Shown here piece after piece: positions 51,174 through 64,000 of a DNA stretch of 64,000 nt. Every line of letters starts with the position of its first letter. Position 1 is the stretch's first letter. The DNA comes from Balanoglossus misakiensis (taxonomy: Eukaryota; Animalia; Hemichordata): positions 3,564,014 through 3,628,013 of the forward strand of contig CM082597.2 of assembly GCA_040954595.2 (NCBI GenBank). Reading direction: 5' to 3'. Below the pieces are notes generated by a model. It was not told where the DNA came from and searched no databases. It worked only from the letters and a program-made list of their open reading frames with translations. The position numbers and the translations under genes are program-made.

Positions 51174-54100
51174 ATGGACCGTCAGGTACTGGGTGATATC
51201 AGTATTGGAAGACCAACTTCACAAGCCATGGCTCTTCGATGTAAGTATATTATGATCTTGCGTTTACTTATTTTGCACGCCAAACTTTGCCTGCCCTATG
51301 AGACTATCGTATTCTTGGTTGACACCCTAATGCATTTCATTGCAATGTACAACGACTTCATTTCACACTGTGATCATTGTGATCCTGATTGTCTATTCCT
51401 CTTCTATTCTTAAGTACCAAAAATGCCAACTTCCTCAAATGTGATTCTAGTATCATTCACTGCCGCTGGTATTGTCCGCATCAGGTATAATCATCGGCCA
51501 ATTCGTGATACTTTATTTTGTGTAGATCTTTCAAAGTCACGCATTTCAACACTCATTACAGTGCAACAAACAATAGTGTAAATAGTGTAGGAAACCGCGG
51601 GAAAACCTAATTTTATGCAAATCGCCTATGTGTCAAGTACAACTTTTTAAGTGGCTTGGCTGACAAAAAGTCATGTTGGTTTTAAAATACAAGCTGTTGG
51701 ATTTCATGAAACATATTTTAAGATAGACTGGTTTTAGACTACATACTTATCATACACGTCATCGATGACTAATCCATTTTCAACTTCCTGTGAAACCCAG
51801 CCCAATACATACACCAATAATATCAAAGCGCTTTTTTACTTAGGTAATTTAGTACCATATTGGTCTTATTCTTATCTTGCATGTAATATAATATATGATG
51901 TGTAAACTTTTGATCAGACATATGTTTGACCCAGGAAACTTAGTTCCTCATAGTTGAGTGGTTTTTTTTGACAAAATTAATTAAAGGAAATGTCTTTTTT
52001 TCCCTTAGTGATGCATGAATCTTTCCTGACACCGTCTCCAGATCCCCGACCGGCTATGCGTCAGACAACTATACATGAATCAATCCAGGCCTATGGGAAC
52101 ATCAAGAGGCAGTTGAATTGGACAGAGGCACACTATCAACTCCACAAGAATAATATTTTGCACGAGGATTCCGATGAAGGTGTGCATTCACTTTGATTTT
52201 GTTTTGTGTGTGTTGGGAATACAGGTCGTTTGGTCTATGTCATCTTTGTAACTTGTATGTAGTTTTAAACAACACGTATTTCAAACACATGAGAATACGT
52301 CAAGTTATGAAAGTGGTTGTACAGATGCTTCTGTCACACTGCACTGAAATTTTGTCCAACACAGACACACAAACAGATAGGGAACCAACATCAGTGCTCC
52401 ATTCATGAAACCACACTCCCTTTCTCATGCAAAGTTCAGAGTCTTAAAATCAATAGCTGCTTGTGGATGTGTTTGCTGGGGCCATTGTTTGTATTCAACC
52501 ATTGATTAACACTTGTTGACTGGTTATGGTTACAGAATATGGGGTGTTTATAGGGTTTGTCCTGTTTGCTGATTTTGAAGTTGTTGCAAGTCTTGAGTAA
52601 TCTCTTCTGGGATGATCAATAATGTGCAGATTTGCTTAGTGTAAACTGTTAGATGATTGTCAGAAAAACTTGATATGGATTTGTAAGCAGAAAGTTATTA
52701 TAACTATTGAAGCTGTAAATGTTACTAAACATCTTTGAATGTGATCATGTTTACTTTGTCCCTCAGATGATGATGAAGACGACGAAGATGTCTTGGGATC
52801 GTTTGAGACCCCTCCGAAGACGCCAAAGCCAGGTCAGAGAAAAGGTCGCAACAGCAGCAGCACGGAGACGACAGGTGGCAAATCAGAGAAGGCCCAATCG
52901 GCGATCAAATCACAGAAAACAAAGCGACAGAGAGTGCAGAGGACGCCAAAAGCAGTCGCTCTGTCAACACAACTTAGTGGACTCACACGACAACAGTTGC
53001 TGGATTTGGTAGTCGGCATCTCAGATGCTCATCCAGAACTAGAACAGGTGAGCTACAACTCAGTGGGCTTTTGCGCTTTAGGCCAGGACCACCACAAGTA
53101 TACAGTCAAACCTGTGTTAATGGCCACCCCTATATAGCAGCCACCTCTAGATAGTGACCACTTTGTTACAGTCCCTGTGCAATTCACATGTGCATTAATT
53201 GACCTGTATATAAAGTCTACCTGTCTATAAAGGCAAGTTTAGGAAAGTCCCTTGACTGGCCACTATGGACAGGTTCGACTGTATGTCTGGTGGTAGTGGT
53301 TGGTCTGCCCTCTAACAAACAATTTTAAAAAGCTTTGAGTCACTTTGAGGATTTCTAGAAATTTCTCTAGGTCAGTCCTTTACGGCCCTAAAAGTGTTTG
53401 ACTAATTTTTTTTTTTCAATCTCGCAGGAGATACGGCAGTTAATGCCGTCACCAGATCTGACGGAAATGGAGAAACGTTTAGACTATCTCAATCACAACA
53501 TTTTCAAATCATTTCCATACACACGGTATGGATCATCCCGAGATGCGTTCTGCTTCAGAAGGGTCAAAGTGCATCTGGCAGCGTTCAAGAAAGACTGTAT
53601 TGAACAGGGGAAGACGTTAATGAACTCAGAATCGTGGGAGGCAGTTATTGATTATGCGCTGATGGCGTGGAAGTATGTCGAAAAGATGCCAAAGTGAGTA
53701 TATCAGAATTATTCATCGGAAAATTGAATAATTTCACCTGGTGAAACTCAAGTGATTTGGTTTAATATGGCTGAATCCTGCAACTAATGTTGAAAGATCT
53801 CTCATCGCAAATCTACCTGATTTCGTATTTTCAGCTGGGACAATCCTCCTCATAATGCACAGAAGAGTCAATGTTTCAAGGCGTTAGCATCACAGTGTAA
53901 GCAAGCTCTGAAGAAGAGTTGTTTGGAAAAGGAAAAATACCATCAAATAAAAGAAAGGTACGTACCGAGTCTGACATGCTTGCATCCAATTGAAGTTGTG
54001 TGCTGAACTATTCTCACAGGCCATGGGGGAACAGTTGAACTTGAAATCACAGCTTTTTTCTAAGTTTGAAATATTTCAATAGAAATTGCATTGCATTCTG

Positions 54101-54316
54101 TTCTTTCCTTGGAATATATAAATGTTAAATATCGCTTAGCAGCTACACTGTTTGTTATTTAGAGCAAACTTAATAATATCATTACTTTTCTATTTGAGTT
54201 TACTATTTTCTATTCAATTCTGTTCTGAACACAGACTTGAAAAGGCCGTTGAAGACGACAGTGTGATGGAATCTTGTGTTGAGGAGGTGAACAAGATACT
54301 GGATAAACTTCCGTAG
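51174..54316 (+). CDS. Cut8/Sts1-family nuclear proteasome tethering factor-like protein (about 329 aa)
   Basis: Exons 51174-51240, 52009-52179, 52767-53047, 53428-53693, 53835-53957, 54235-54316 (990 nt). A basic NLS-like stretch (KTKRQR) precedes L..LTRQQL..L......HPELEQEI...MPSPDL, NIFKSFPY...RD.FCF.RVK.HL..F and MPNWDNPPHN..K..CF..LA, recognised as the Cut8 domain. Confidence 0.75.
53103..53281. mobile_element. TA-flanked MITE (family of 47254-47398)
   Basis: TA-cagtcaaacctgt...acaggttcgactg-TA. Confidence 0.8.
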
Positions 54317-55794
54317 TTTCTGCTGACGATTCCAATTGTCCAAGAGAATGGGGATATTTTCTACAGCATCCTTCGACCCCAATCCATCCTCTGGATGAAA
54401 GTTTAACTTCTTGGAGAAGTTGAACAACGGGTCGGGTTGAAGTTTGGTGACCAGTACTACAGGGTTAAACGTGAAAGCAGACATTTTTAGTGTTTTAATA
54501 TTTCTGATGTTTGACATGCTTTCAGTCAAGTAAAATACTTTAAGTGTTTTGTTGTACTTAACTGAATTTTACTTTTGACAGTATCTGTAAGATAAGTTAT
54601 TGAAAATAACTTTGTTTTTACTTCATAAATGCTTGTCATTTTACCTAAATGTTATTGTGCCAAAGTTTTTGCAACCTTTGAAATGTTAATCATTTATGCT
54701 AAAAAGCAAATGCTGCCATGTTATAGGTGGAAAACATGATTCACTATGTGCTAGTTATGATATTATGCTGCACAAAAGATTATATTTGAGTCTTGGAGAC
54801 CAATATCACAGTCAAGGCTTCGTGTCAGTGTTGAGTCCTACAGGCTTAGAATCCTAGAGAATAGGGCATGCTTCGAAACCTCTGAATTGTCAGTTTATCT
54901 TGACACCAAGTTATCTTTTGGACACTCACCTTCTGTATTTTAATGATTGTCAATGTTTTTCTCCAGCAGTTCAGGATAAAATACTTTTGCATTCCAGCAT
55001 TGAAATATGTGGTAAATCTGAAATAATTGAATTTTATATTTCTTTAAACAAATCTCAAGGATTTTTATACCTTACCTGTGAATACATGGATTTTTTTCCA
55101 ATTAATGTACAATGGAAATTTATATTATGAATGAATTTTTACAATGTCAATCAGCTAATGTAAGTTGAGAACTAATTTTTTTCATTGAAAATGGTGCTAC
55201 TTTTTTTACAGATTAATTTTGAGAATAATAAAGACTTACCGTTATTTTTTCCAATAATAACTGAGTGCAGTTGTACTTCCGTGTAAGTGTGGAATGACTG
55301 GTGATATTTTCTCCGAAATATTCTAAGCGATCGCGCCAAGAGATAAAGGTTTGCAGTACATTCTTGACATTGTAACAGCCCCTTGTAACAGCGCTACTAG
55401 TAGCAAAAGTTAAGAATTGCTTATTCTATTCATTAGGGCCCTTACACTGAGAATATTTAAATCCTAAAGCTACGCAAATACACTCATAGTATTTTATTCA
55501 ACTTCATAACAATTGATGTCAATGCTGTTAAAATTCCATCCAAACAAGTTAATCGAATCAAACCATGCAAATACAAACAACAATAAACAGGTAAAAATTG
55601 ATTGGATTATTAGGTGGAAAAGTCCAATTAAATAATTTTCAAATTAATTTTTCAGGTGTCTTCAGAACCAAAGTTTGTTGAAATAGGTTTAATATAATTT
55701 AGTCTCGGGGTTTCACAAATGCTGCCTGTTTAAAACGGGTGTTATTCTTACTGTCAGTTTGATTCGCAGGCAGACCGACTGAACTTGCATTATG

Positions 55795-58700
55795 TTACTT
55801 GGTGTCACACAGCAAGGCCACCCCTCTAAGAATCCAGTGGTCTGGGTTCTGTACTGTTTTCAGCCACAGGGGTGTAATGTAGGTCAGATCGGTACGCACT
55901 GGTTTCTTGTAGACGGGACACTGATATAGACGGGGGTCTTTCGGTGCCGTCGAGTTGATGGCGAAGACATGGACAACAGGTAGCAATGTAAAGAGGACTT
56001 TCGGTGTTGACTCTATCAGTTTGCAACCACGTCGGTCCCAGCCAGCTCCATCCAGGTACAGACCGTGGACATATACACCCTCCTACATGGAGTAAAAATA
56101 AAATATCCAGCCGTGTTTCTTAAGCATGTGGTTTGATAGTAAAGATTGAAAAAAAAAAATACTTTTTAGCATTTGTCATGAAACTCAACTGTCTTGCAGA
56201 GCAACTAATCTCTACCAAGCAATGGTTGTTGCAATAAAATGAATAAATGAATGAATGAATAAATGAATGAATGAATAAATAAATGAATGAATGAATGAAT
56301 GCATGCATGCATGAATGAATGAATGAATGAATGAATGAATGAATGAATGAATGAATGAATGAATGAATGAATGAATGAATGAATGAATGAAGTCCCCTAT
56401 AGTATCTCTTACAATTAAGCTTAACGCAATTTTGTGCAGTAACTATGGATATATATAATCATGATGAATAGTAGGGCTTTTATATAGTGAAAAATGAATG
56501 CCACAATATCTTGGGTCTTGAAAGAATTTGGTCCCCCAAAATTTGAGGCCAAAATAACTTCAGACTTGGTTCCATGATGTCTAGTAACCGGTATAATTAC
56601 TTACAGGGGGTGGTGCAGTGATGTCTTCTTTGAATGGTTTGATGACTTCATTGTGTAAGGTGACAGAATCCAAGGCCCAGCCTTTGTGTGCTCGGGTCAC
56701 CTCTTGGCGCATGGCAGTCAGAAAACCTGATAAAGAGTTGAGATATTGAAACATGTACACTAGCGGTGACAGCTACATATATCTGCACATATCTCATCCA
56801 AAACATTGTGGAACGCCACACAAAAAGACATTTCATAAGCCCACTTTCTACACAGATATGTGGACTTCCATTGCTCAAAACTACAAATAACACACATTCT
56901 TAAAATCCCTTCATTTACAGCATTATATAATTCTACAAGAGTAAATTCAGGTCTGTCAACTGACTAAAATCAATCAGTAATAAGCTGAGAAATATTTATA
57001 TAACAAAGTGTATTTATCACAGACGCATGCAAAAATAATCTAAAATGCAGAAAGCTTATAAACATCTTTTATCTGCTCTAACAAAATTTTGTATGGTTGT
57101 GAGAAGTAAGCATTGAGCATAGAAATCTGCAACCCACCTTGAGGGTTAAAGAACCCTGTCATCCAGAATACATTGGGTCTTGATTCAAAGATCCAGCTGG
57201 AGAATTGTGCGTTGCGTTCAATCAGTTCAGTAAACCAGAAGCCTAGAGTTGACGACACCCAGGATACCTTTCTCCACAGTGCTGGTACTCTGGCATCATA
57301 CATGTTGTCTAAAGCGTCACGTAAATTCTGAAATCATGCAATTTTAGTTTCTGCTTGTTAGTTTATTTCTTGGTTTTCATGTCGCAATTATGTCTATGTG
57401 TCTAAGGTTCTGGTACCACATTTTTCTTGCACTTTTGAAAAACATTTTGAACCAAAATTTCACTCAGTCGTGCATAATTTTAGCAAAATCTCCGTCAAGC
57501 TCTTTTCAAGACGGAAGACAACTGATTTGTATATAAAGTTTTGATGTCAGAATTTGTTTCTAAACTCACCTCACTCATAATGATGGTGCCATCTATGGCC
57601 AATTTCAGATCAGATAGTGTCTGTCTCACCAAAGTAATAACTCGCTGCATCCGATCGAGTTCTTGACGCAGGAAGATGTTCATGGAGTTCAATGCGCCCA
57701 TTTTCTGTAGGCGAGCTTTCACCTGAAAAAAAAGACGTAAAATGTCATTTTCAATTACAATGATCAGAATTTGCAAAATGAAGTAACTGGTAATTGAAAT
57801 TCTCCACAAGGCTATGAAATATATCCCTAACAAAATAATGTCTCCTACCTCATGAGGAATATAATCAGGAGGCAGTTTTTCCAGCATGTCTTCAGCCTGT
57901 CTATACACAATGGTTTCTCTGGTCTCTCCACCCCCACCACCACTCTCTTTGGGTTGGATGTTGACAATAGTGTCCATCACCTCTTTGGCTGTGTTACTCT
58001 GGTACCTGTATATAGTACATCATAAACCTAACTAACACTAGAGTTACTGCCTCACAATGTACCCTCTAACAAACATAACGTACAATTTGAGGATTTCTCG
58101 AAAGTTCTCTGAGTCAGCCTATACCTTTGCATGTCTTCTAGATCATTTTCTTGAGTCACCAGTGAGTTTGTTGAGTCAGTGATGTGTCATATGTGCTTAG
58201 TTTTCCATAATTTCACACTTAAATAATCTGTCGTACTTTTAAATAAGTGAATCGCTCTACATACGTAATATCAGCATTAGTGTGCAGTCCAAATACTTGA
58301 GGCGTGTCGACCAGTGGCAAAGTCTCAATGTGTTCCATGTATTCTTGAATTGTCTTACAACGTGGTATCTTGTATCCAGTGTAGAAACAGAATGTCTCTG
58401 GGAAGATGTTCTCACCAAACCACACCTGGGAATAAACACGGCCATCAGAAAAAAAAAACTTTTATATAGAAACGGATCATATACTGGTACAGCTGCTTTA
58501 TATAAAGTAACGTGTCCCATAACGCCGCATCCTCATTTGAATAATTATTGTATTCTGATACCGCCAATTATTGTATTACGGAACTCCATAGGTTACAGCA
58601 GTAGATGTATAATAATCCGTTTTATCAATAATATTTGAAGTTTTAGCTCCTGGTTGCAGGAGCAAACACTCTCAAATATTTCCTCACATAAACAAGCCAT

Positions 58701-61700
58701 GAGAAATCGTGATGTATGAATACCTTACCTTTGCAAAGGTGTTGAGTAATCTCTTGTCATAGTCATCTGTTACTCTGCCTCCATACTGGACTTCACCTAG
58801 CATGTACCTTACAGTGTTCCACGACACTCCCTGAAATAACACACACCAAAGAAAAGAATATGGTTTCAGATACATGTAGTTTTGCATGTTAGTCTGTGGC
58901 CAAAAATGTAAAAGTGACCATTATGATAATACAAATGCTCTTACCATTGAGAATAAAAGGATTTTTTACATTATACCAAACATGAACCAGGACAGGAACA
59001 ATGTAAAGACTAGACTACTTACTTTCTTTGGGTCGATATCATCCAGATGGTTCTGTATAAACTGAATACTAGCGGTCAAATCAGCCTGGTTGAATTCATA
59101 AGGGATATTCCAACCAAGTGGTCCAAACTTACGTCTTTCCTGTCAGTTTGGGATACAATTTTATTTGCAAGTTAAGAATTTTTTCTTCCTCATATTTACA
59201 CCTTGAAATGCAAAATTGCAGTAAACTGGTACGATAAATAATGACAAAATTGTTACAAGTTGTTATGGGTGAGAAATTAACAAAATATAAACAAGATCAA
59301 ATATTTTTAGTGTAAAATAATTTTTCACTAAACATGCACACATTTTATGATACATCACCGATCATACAAACTAATTTTTTTTTAACTTGCTTCATCCATG
59401 GCCAGTATAGTCACACTGAAACCTTTGTCCAACCTACAGAGTATACTTGCCTGTACAGTGGTGTGTAGAAAAGCCACTGAATACAGCATAGGTTTCCACT
59501 GGGGCAGGTTGTTGATGTCGAGTTGATCCTGTGTTATGCCTGCAAAGGTTCTCTTCAGACCGGCTTTCACTCCCTGAGGAGGCTCATTCGTGAATTTGAT
59601 CGACGACTATAAAGAAACATGTGAAGATATGATATATAACTGCATAATGGGTTATTTTCGCGAGCAATAAATTTTCACGAAATACGCGCGAGCCAACAAT
59701 TTAACAAAACACGAAAGATCGACGACTATAAAGAAACGTGTGAAAATATGATACTAACTCTATAATCGGTTATTTTCGCAAGCAATACATTTTCACGAAA
59801 TACGCGCGAGCCAACAAGACATGAAAGATCGACGACTACAGAGAAAAGTGTGAAGATATGATACTAACTGTATAATCGGTTATTTTCGCGAGCAATAAAT
59901 GTTCACGAAATACGCGCGAGCCAACAAGACATGAAAGATCGACGACTACAAAGAAAAGTGTGAAGATATGATACTAACTGTAAAATGGGTTATTTTCGCG
60001 AGCAATAAATTTTCACGAAATACGCGCGAGCCAACAAAACATGAAAGATTGACGACTATAAAGAAACGTGTGAGGATATGATACTAACTGTAAAATTGGT
60101 TATTTTCGCAAGAAATAAATTTTCACGAAATACGTGCGAGCCAACAAAACATGAAAGATCGACGACTATAAAGAAACATGTGAAGATATGATAATAACTG
60201 TATAATCGGTTATTTTCGCGAGCAATAAATTCTCACGAAATACGCGCGAGCCAACAAAACACAAAAATAAAAAGCCGCATAAAAATGTTTTCGGAGATAA
60301 TGATGCAGTGAAATACGAGAACGTGAAAATTAATCCTCGCATAACAGTCGCCTCTTCTGATATCGCGAAAATTTCCTGTCGCGAAAATAACTCGTTTTGC
60401 AGTATGACAATGATGTCTGCATGTACAAAACTTTCCCTACCTGTAGCAAGCTGATGGGAAACTGTGGGTGTACTTCCGTGGTGATCCAGACACGGAACGT
60501 CTCGTGAACCGGTTCGTGTGTGGTGACGGTCTCCAGCAGTTCGTCCAAGAAGTCAAGCCCTAGATGGCAATTTTGCAACAGCACCCAGCCACCCTGTCAA
60601 AGGACGTTATAAGCAATCATCGCAATATTAGTGTGCATATTTCTCATAATGGCATATATAATTATTAATGTGTCCCCCATAGAAATTACACTGTTGAAGA
60701 ATTATGGATCAAAACATGAAAACAACTAGCTTATTTGGCAAAGCACTTATTTCAGTAAATTCTAACAGACCAGTTTTATTTTAGATACATTTATATAGAA
60801 ATTCCCCTTGTAATTACTGCAGGTACACTTGTGAAAACATTTATTTTTACTCTAATTACGGAAACATAAAAATGACTGGCTTAATACATGTAGTTTCGCA
60901 AAGAGCTTATTTCAGTAAATTCAAACAGACCAGTTTTGTATTAGATACATGAAAACTCTTACTGTAATGGTGATACATGTACAACATTACTTACTCCTGC
61001 CATGGATTGCGCTACGAGTCTTCTAGCATGGACTTCTTGACCCTGACCCATGGAGATAGCCCGGCACTCTGACAGACAGAGACATTCAAACGTACAGAAA
61101 AGTCAGCCACAAGTGTTATACAATTAAAAGAAAGATGAAATAAAATTCTACATAAATATTTCTGAACACATGACTACAACAGGTAAGATTAAATTGCATA
61201 TTAAACCTGCATAACCATATCCTGTCTAAATTGAAAACCTGTTTTTATTCAACGCGTTTCAAGTCACACAGGACACTGTCAAAAGTACCATTACTCTTGA
61301 AACAATTCTAAGTAAAATTTTCACAGTCTCTGCGATTATTTTAAAAGTTACTTGATATAAGCAAGTGCAGGATGTAATGCAAATGAACATTTTTACATCA
61401 TGGGACACTGTTTCGACATACACTCACCAACTCGTAACTTCTTTCCCAGCCCTTCGATGTTGTTGGTCGGATCACTGCCCATGGACAGGAAACAGATTAG
61501 CGGTGTCCGAATATCGCCTTCTTCCCAGGTCTTCTCCAAGTCCAAAATGACAGGATCTGCATACCTGGCACCCATAGAGTCTGCGATGTATTTTCTAGCT
61601 TGCGGCATGGTACGATCTGGACACCAAGATCTGTAGGTTGTCAACAAGGAGTTTAACGCATTTAAAAAAATTAAGATTTATGTCTCAAAGTGTCAAGAAA

Positions 61701-63935
61701 TACCATATTTTATAATTATTATAAAAGATGGTATTTGTGAACATTTGAATTATCATAGTAATTAAAGGATCTTGATTTAAGAAGTTGATAACCATCACCT
61801 TATTGGAAGTGTATGTGTTTAGACATTGAATTTGAAACACTTGCCCTGATTGGTCCAATACTTTGAAGTGTTATCAGCAGAACCCTGCTCACCTAATCAG
61901 GAGAAGTCTTCTGAAAGTATCCAGTGAAGTGTTGTAACCATCCGGTATTATTTCTTCTTCCGGTGCATCTTTGTCAAACCAAGCTTTCCAAGTTCTTTCA
62001 TTGCGTTGGATCTGAAGACAAGACACATTCCACTCAACAGTTACACAAAACACATTTCATCACTTTCTCAGATTGCAGTTTACTGTAATATGTTCACCTG
62101 CTTCGACAATTTCGACTTTACTATTATTATTTTTTGGGGGTCTCAGATGTCTTCGACATGTGGATAAGACATTGTTAACAATTGTCTTTCTAAGGTCCAC
62201 TAACCCACGGAACCCACCAATGGATTAAACATTTACCTGCCCAAGAATTTCCGAGAACTGTGGCAATTTACTGAGCTGCACCAGGTTCAGCCAGACCATA
62301 TCCATGATCCACTTGCAGGGTTTGGGCGGGCATGCCTTCAGGTCCAATGCAGCACCACCTGTTGTGTAGAAGAACACAGTTAGCATCAGTAAATTCTTAA
62401 AGGGACAAAGTCTTTCTCGCGCTGCCCTTTTTCCATTAACTATGTTTAATACTAGACACTGTTTGTGTTAATTTCTACATGTGGATATATTATTATTATT
62501 ATTATTATTACATCTTTATTTTAGATTATAAAATATAATAATATAATATATATAATAAACTAATATATAGTGAATCGACGTTCGACCACACACAAATCCC
62601 ATCTGTAGACACGAGAATGAAAATCTCACCAAAATGAATAATCAGCTCTACCATTTATTCAGTTTGGGCGATTATTGCAGCTAACTGTATTTATACTGTG
62701 TATTCATCAGAAATTGCGATTATGTGTAAACAACTAGAAAAGTTCAAATGTTTTGCATGCAGTGCAGCAAACCTTTGATAAGTATCTGGAACTCTTCATG
62801 CTTGACAAATCCAGTTTCCAAGTCGATCTTCAAGGCCACGAGTAGAGTGAAGAGAAACTTGTGGGTCTCATACAAACCACGGCATGAATACTTGAAGACT
62901 TCGTACGTCAGGAAACTGATGATGTTCTGCATACGCTTGGCTGGAATGGGCGATTTTTCAGACCTGATATTAAAAAGAGCATAATAATAAAAAAGATAAG
63001 AAAGTTTGAGAGGAATCAAGAAATATGGTTTTTGGTGGATACAGAATAGACACAGCTCACTGGCTTTAGAAGGTAGATGTTCAATAACTTGATAATAATT
63101 TTTAGGTTATTCTTTTCTTTGAAGATTGAAGTTGTAGGATTAACAGAAGTCAATGATTTTTGAGCAAAATTTCCAGTATTTTTGACACAGGATATTAAGG
63201 CCATATAAATTATTGGAGAATAATAAAAGTTCCCTTATTTTCTGACAATAATTCTTGCCAGAAAACATACAGCAGGCAATGGCTGGATGTCCTTTTATGC
63301 AGACTAAACCGAACGTTTTAGTGAGCAATTCTAGGATTGGTTACATGGTTCCATGAATACAAGTGGATCTTTAATTACAATGTACAGCATCTGGGCAGTA
63401 TCTCTTACCTGGCCATTGACAGATCAAACACTCCAAGGAACTGTCTGAGGGACGTCTGGTACATGACGTTCACCATACTCATCTCGGTGATCAAGAAATA
63501 CAGAATGCTACCACGCGTTGCCACTGCGGGGAAACAAGCAAATCCAGGTCAAAATGCCTGTCTCAAAACATCATGACAGGGTTCGTTTCTAAACCCCATA
63601 GAAACACACATACAAATGAACAAATTTTATGTTAGTTCCTCTTGCCTTCCTGTTACAAAATATGACACCACTACATTACGGGTGTCTTGTTCACTTATAA
63701 CAAGAGATGTTAAACCATGATACTTATAATATTCTCACTAATCTTCATGCGAGAAACTAAACTTGTGGCCAGCAAATACACTGATTCTGCACTAACCTGG
63801 TCTAAATTCTTCTCTGGCTTCGTTGATCTTGATTTCAGTATCAGCAGCGACAACCAACTTCTCTGTCACTTCTTCAGCAGTTTCCTTGGTGGTGGCCAGC
63901 ACCGAGATGAGGGATTCATCATCAACCAGTGAACC
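55795..63935 (-). CDS. DNAH5: Axonemal outer-arm dynein heavy chain (DNAH5/DNAH8 class), C-terminal part; gene continues beyond the window
   Basis: About 17 exons, approximately 63935-63797, 63523-63409, 62963-62773, 62358-62238, 62011-61893, 61630-61428, 61068-60996, 60593-60441, 59606-59451, 59139-59023, 58830-58729, 58424-58265, 58005-57849, 57722-57570, 57327-57139, 56727-56605, 56082-55795. Motifs [95 protein letters not shown]5 versus DNAH8 cannot be resolved by eye. Confidence 0.93.
56237..56391. repeat. (GAAT)n microsatellite
   Basis: Direct inspection. Confidence 0.95.
59598..60402. repeat. 110-bp tandem array (6 units) of an exon-intron junction plus MITE end, followed by a full MITE
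   Basis: gat(c/t)gacgact recurs at 59598, 59717, 59827, 59937, 60047 and 60157. Confidence 0.9.
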
Positions 63936-64000
63936 CTACAAACAAAGAGTAAAAGGATGATTATTTTGATTGAAAATTAACTTATTGAACCATTACTTAC

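Overview
Eukaryotic, AT-rich, intron-rich animal DNA; a marine invertebrate, possibly a non-vertebrate deuterostome, is inferred but not proven. Eight protein-coding genes were reconstructed by hand from splice sites and reading phase. In order: (1) a secreted coiled-coil plus 2x SRCR protein (+); (2,3) two tandem TRIM/RBCC E3-ligase genes (-); (4) a secreted 2x LDLa plus CAP/PR-1 protein (+); (5) an NCAM/fasciclin-II-like gene with 5 Ig, 2 FN3 and a GPI signal (+); (6) ZNF511-like (-), head-to-head with (7) a Cut8/Sts1-family gene (+); (8) the 3' part of an outer-arm axonemal dynein heavy chain, DNAH5/8-like (-). The most notable result is in the TRIM pair. Each has an upstream exon that splices in frame (phase 2) onto the RBCC exon and encodes an MGCxxS myristoylation/palmitoylation signal plus an acidic tail rich in tyrosine motifs. 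This predicts membrane-anchored, phosphotyrosine-adaptor TRIM ligases lacking the usual C-terminal domain. Many MITEs, microsatellites and tandem arrays are present, including one array that multiplies a dynein splice acceptor. All gene models are manual predictions without expression data or database searches.
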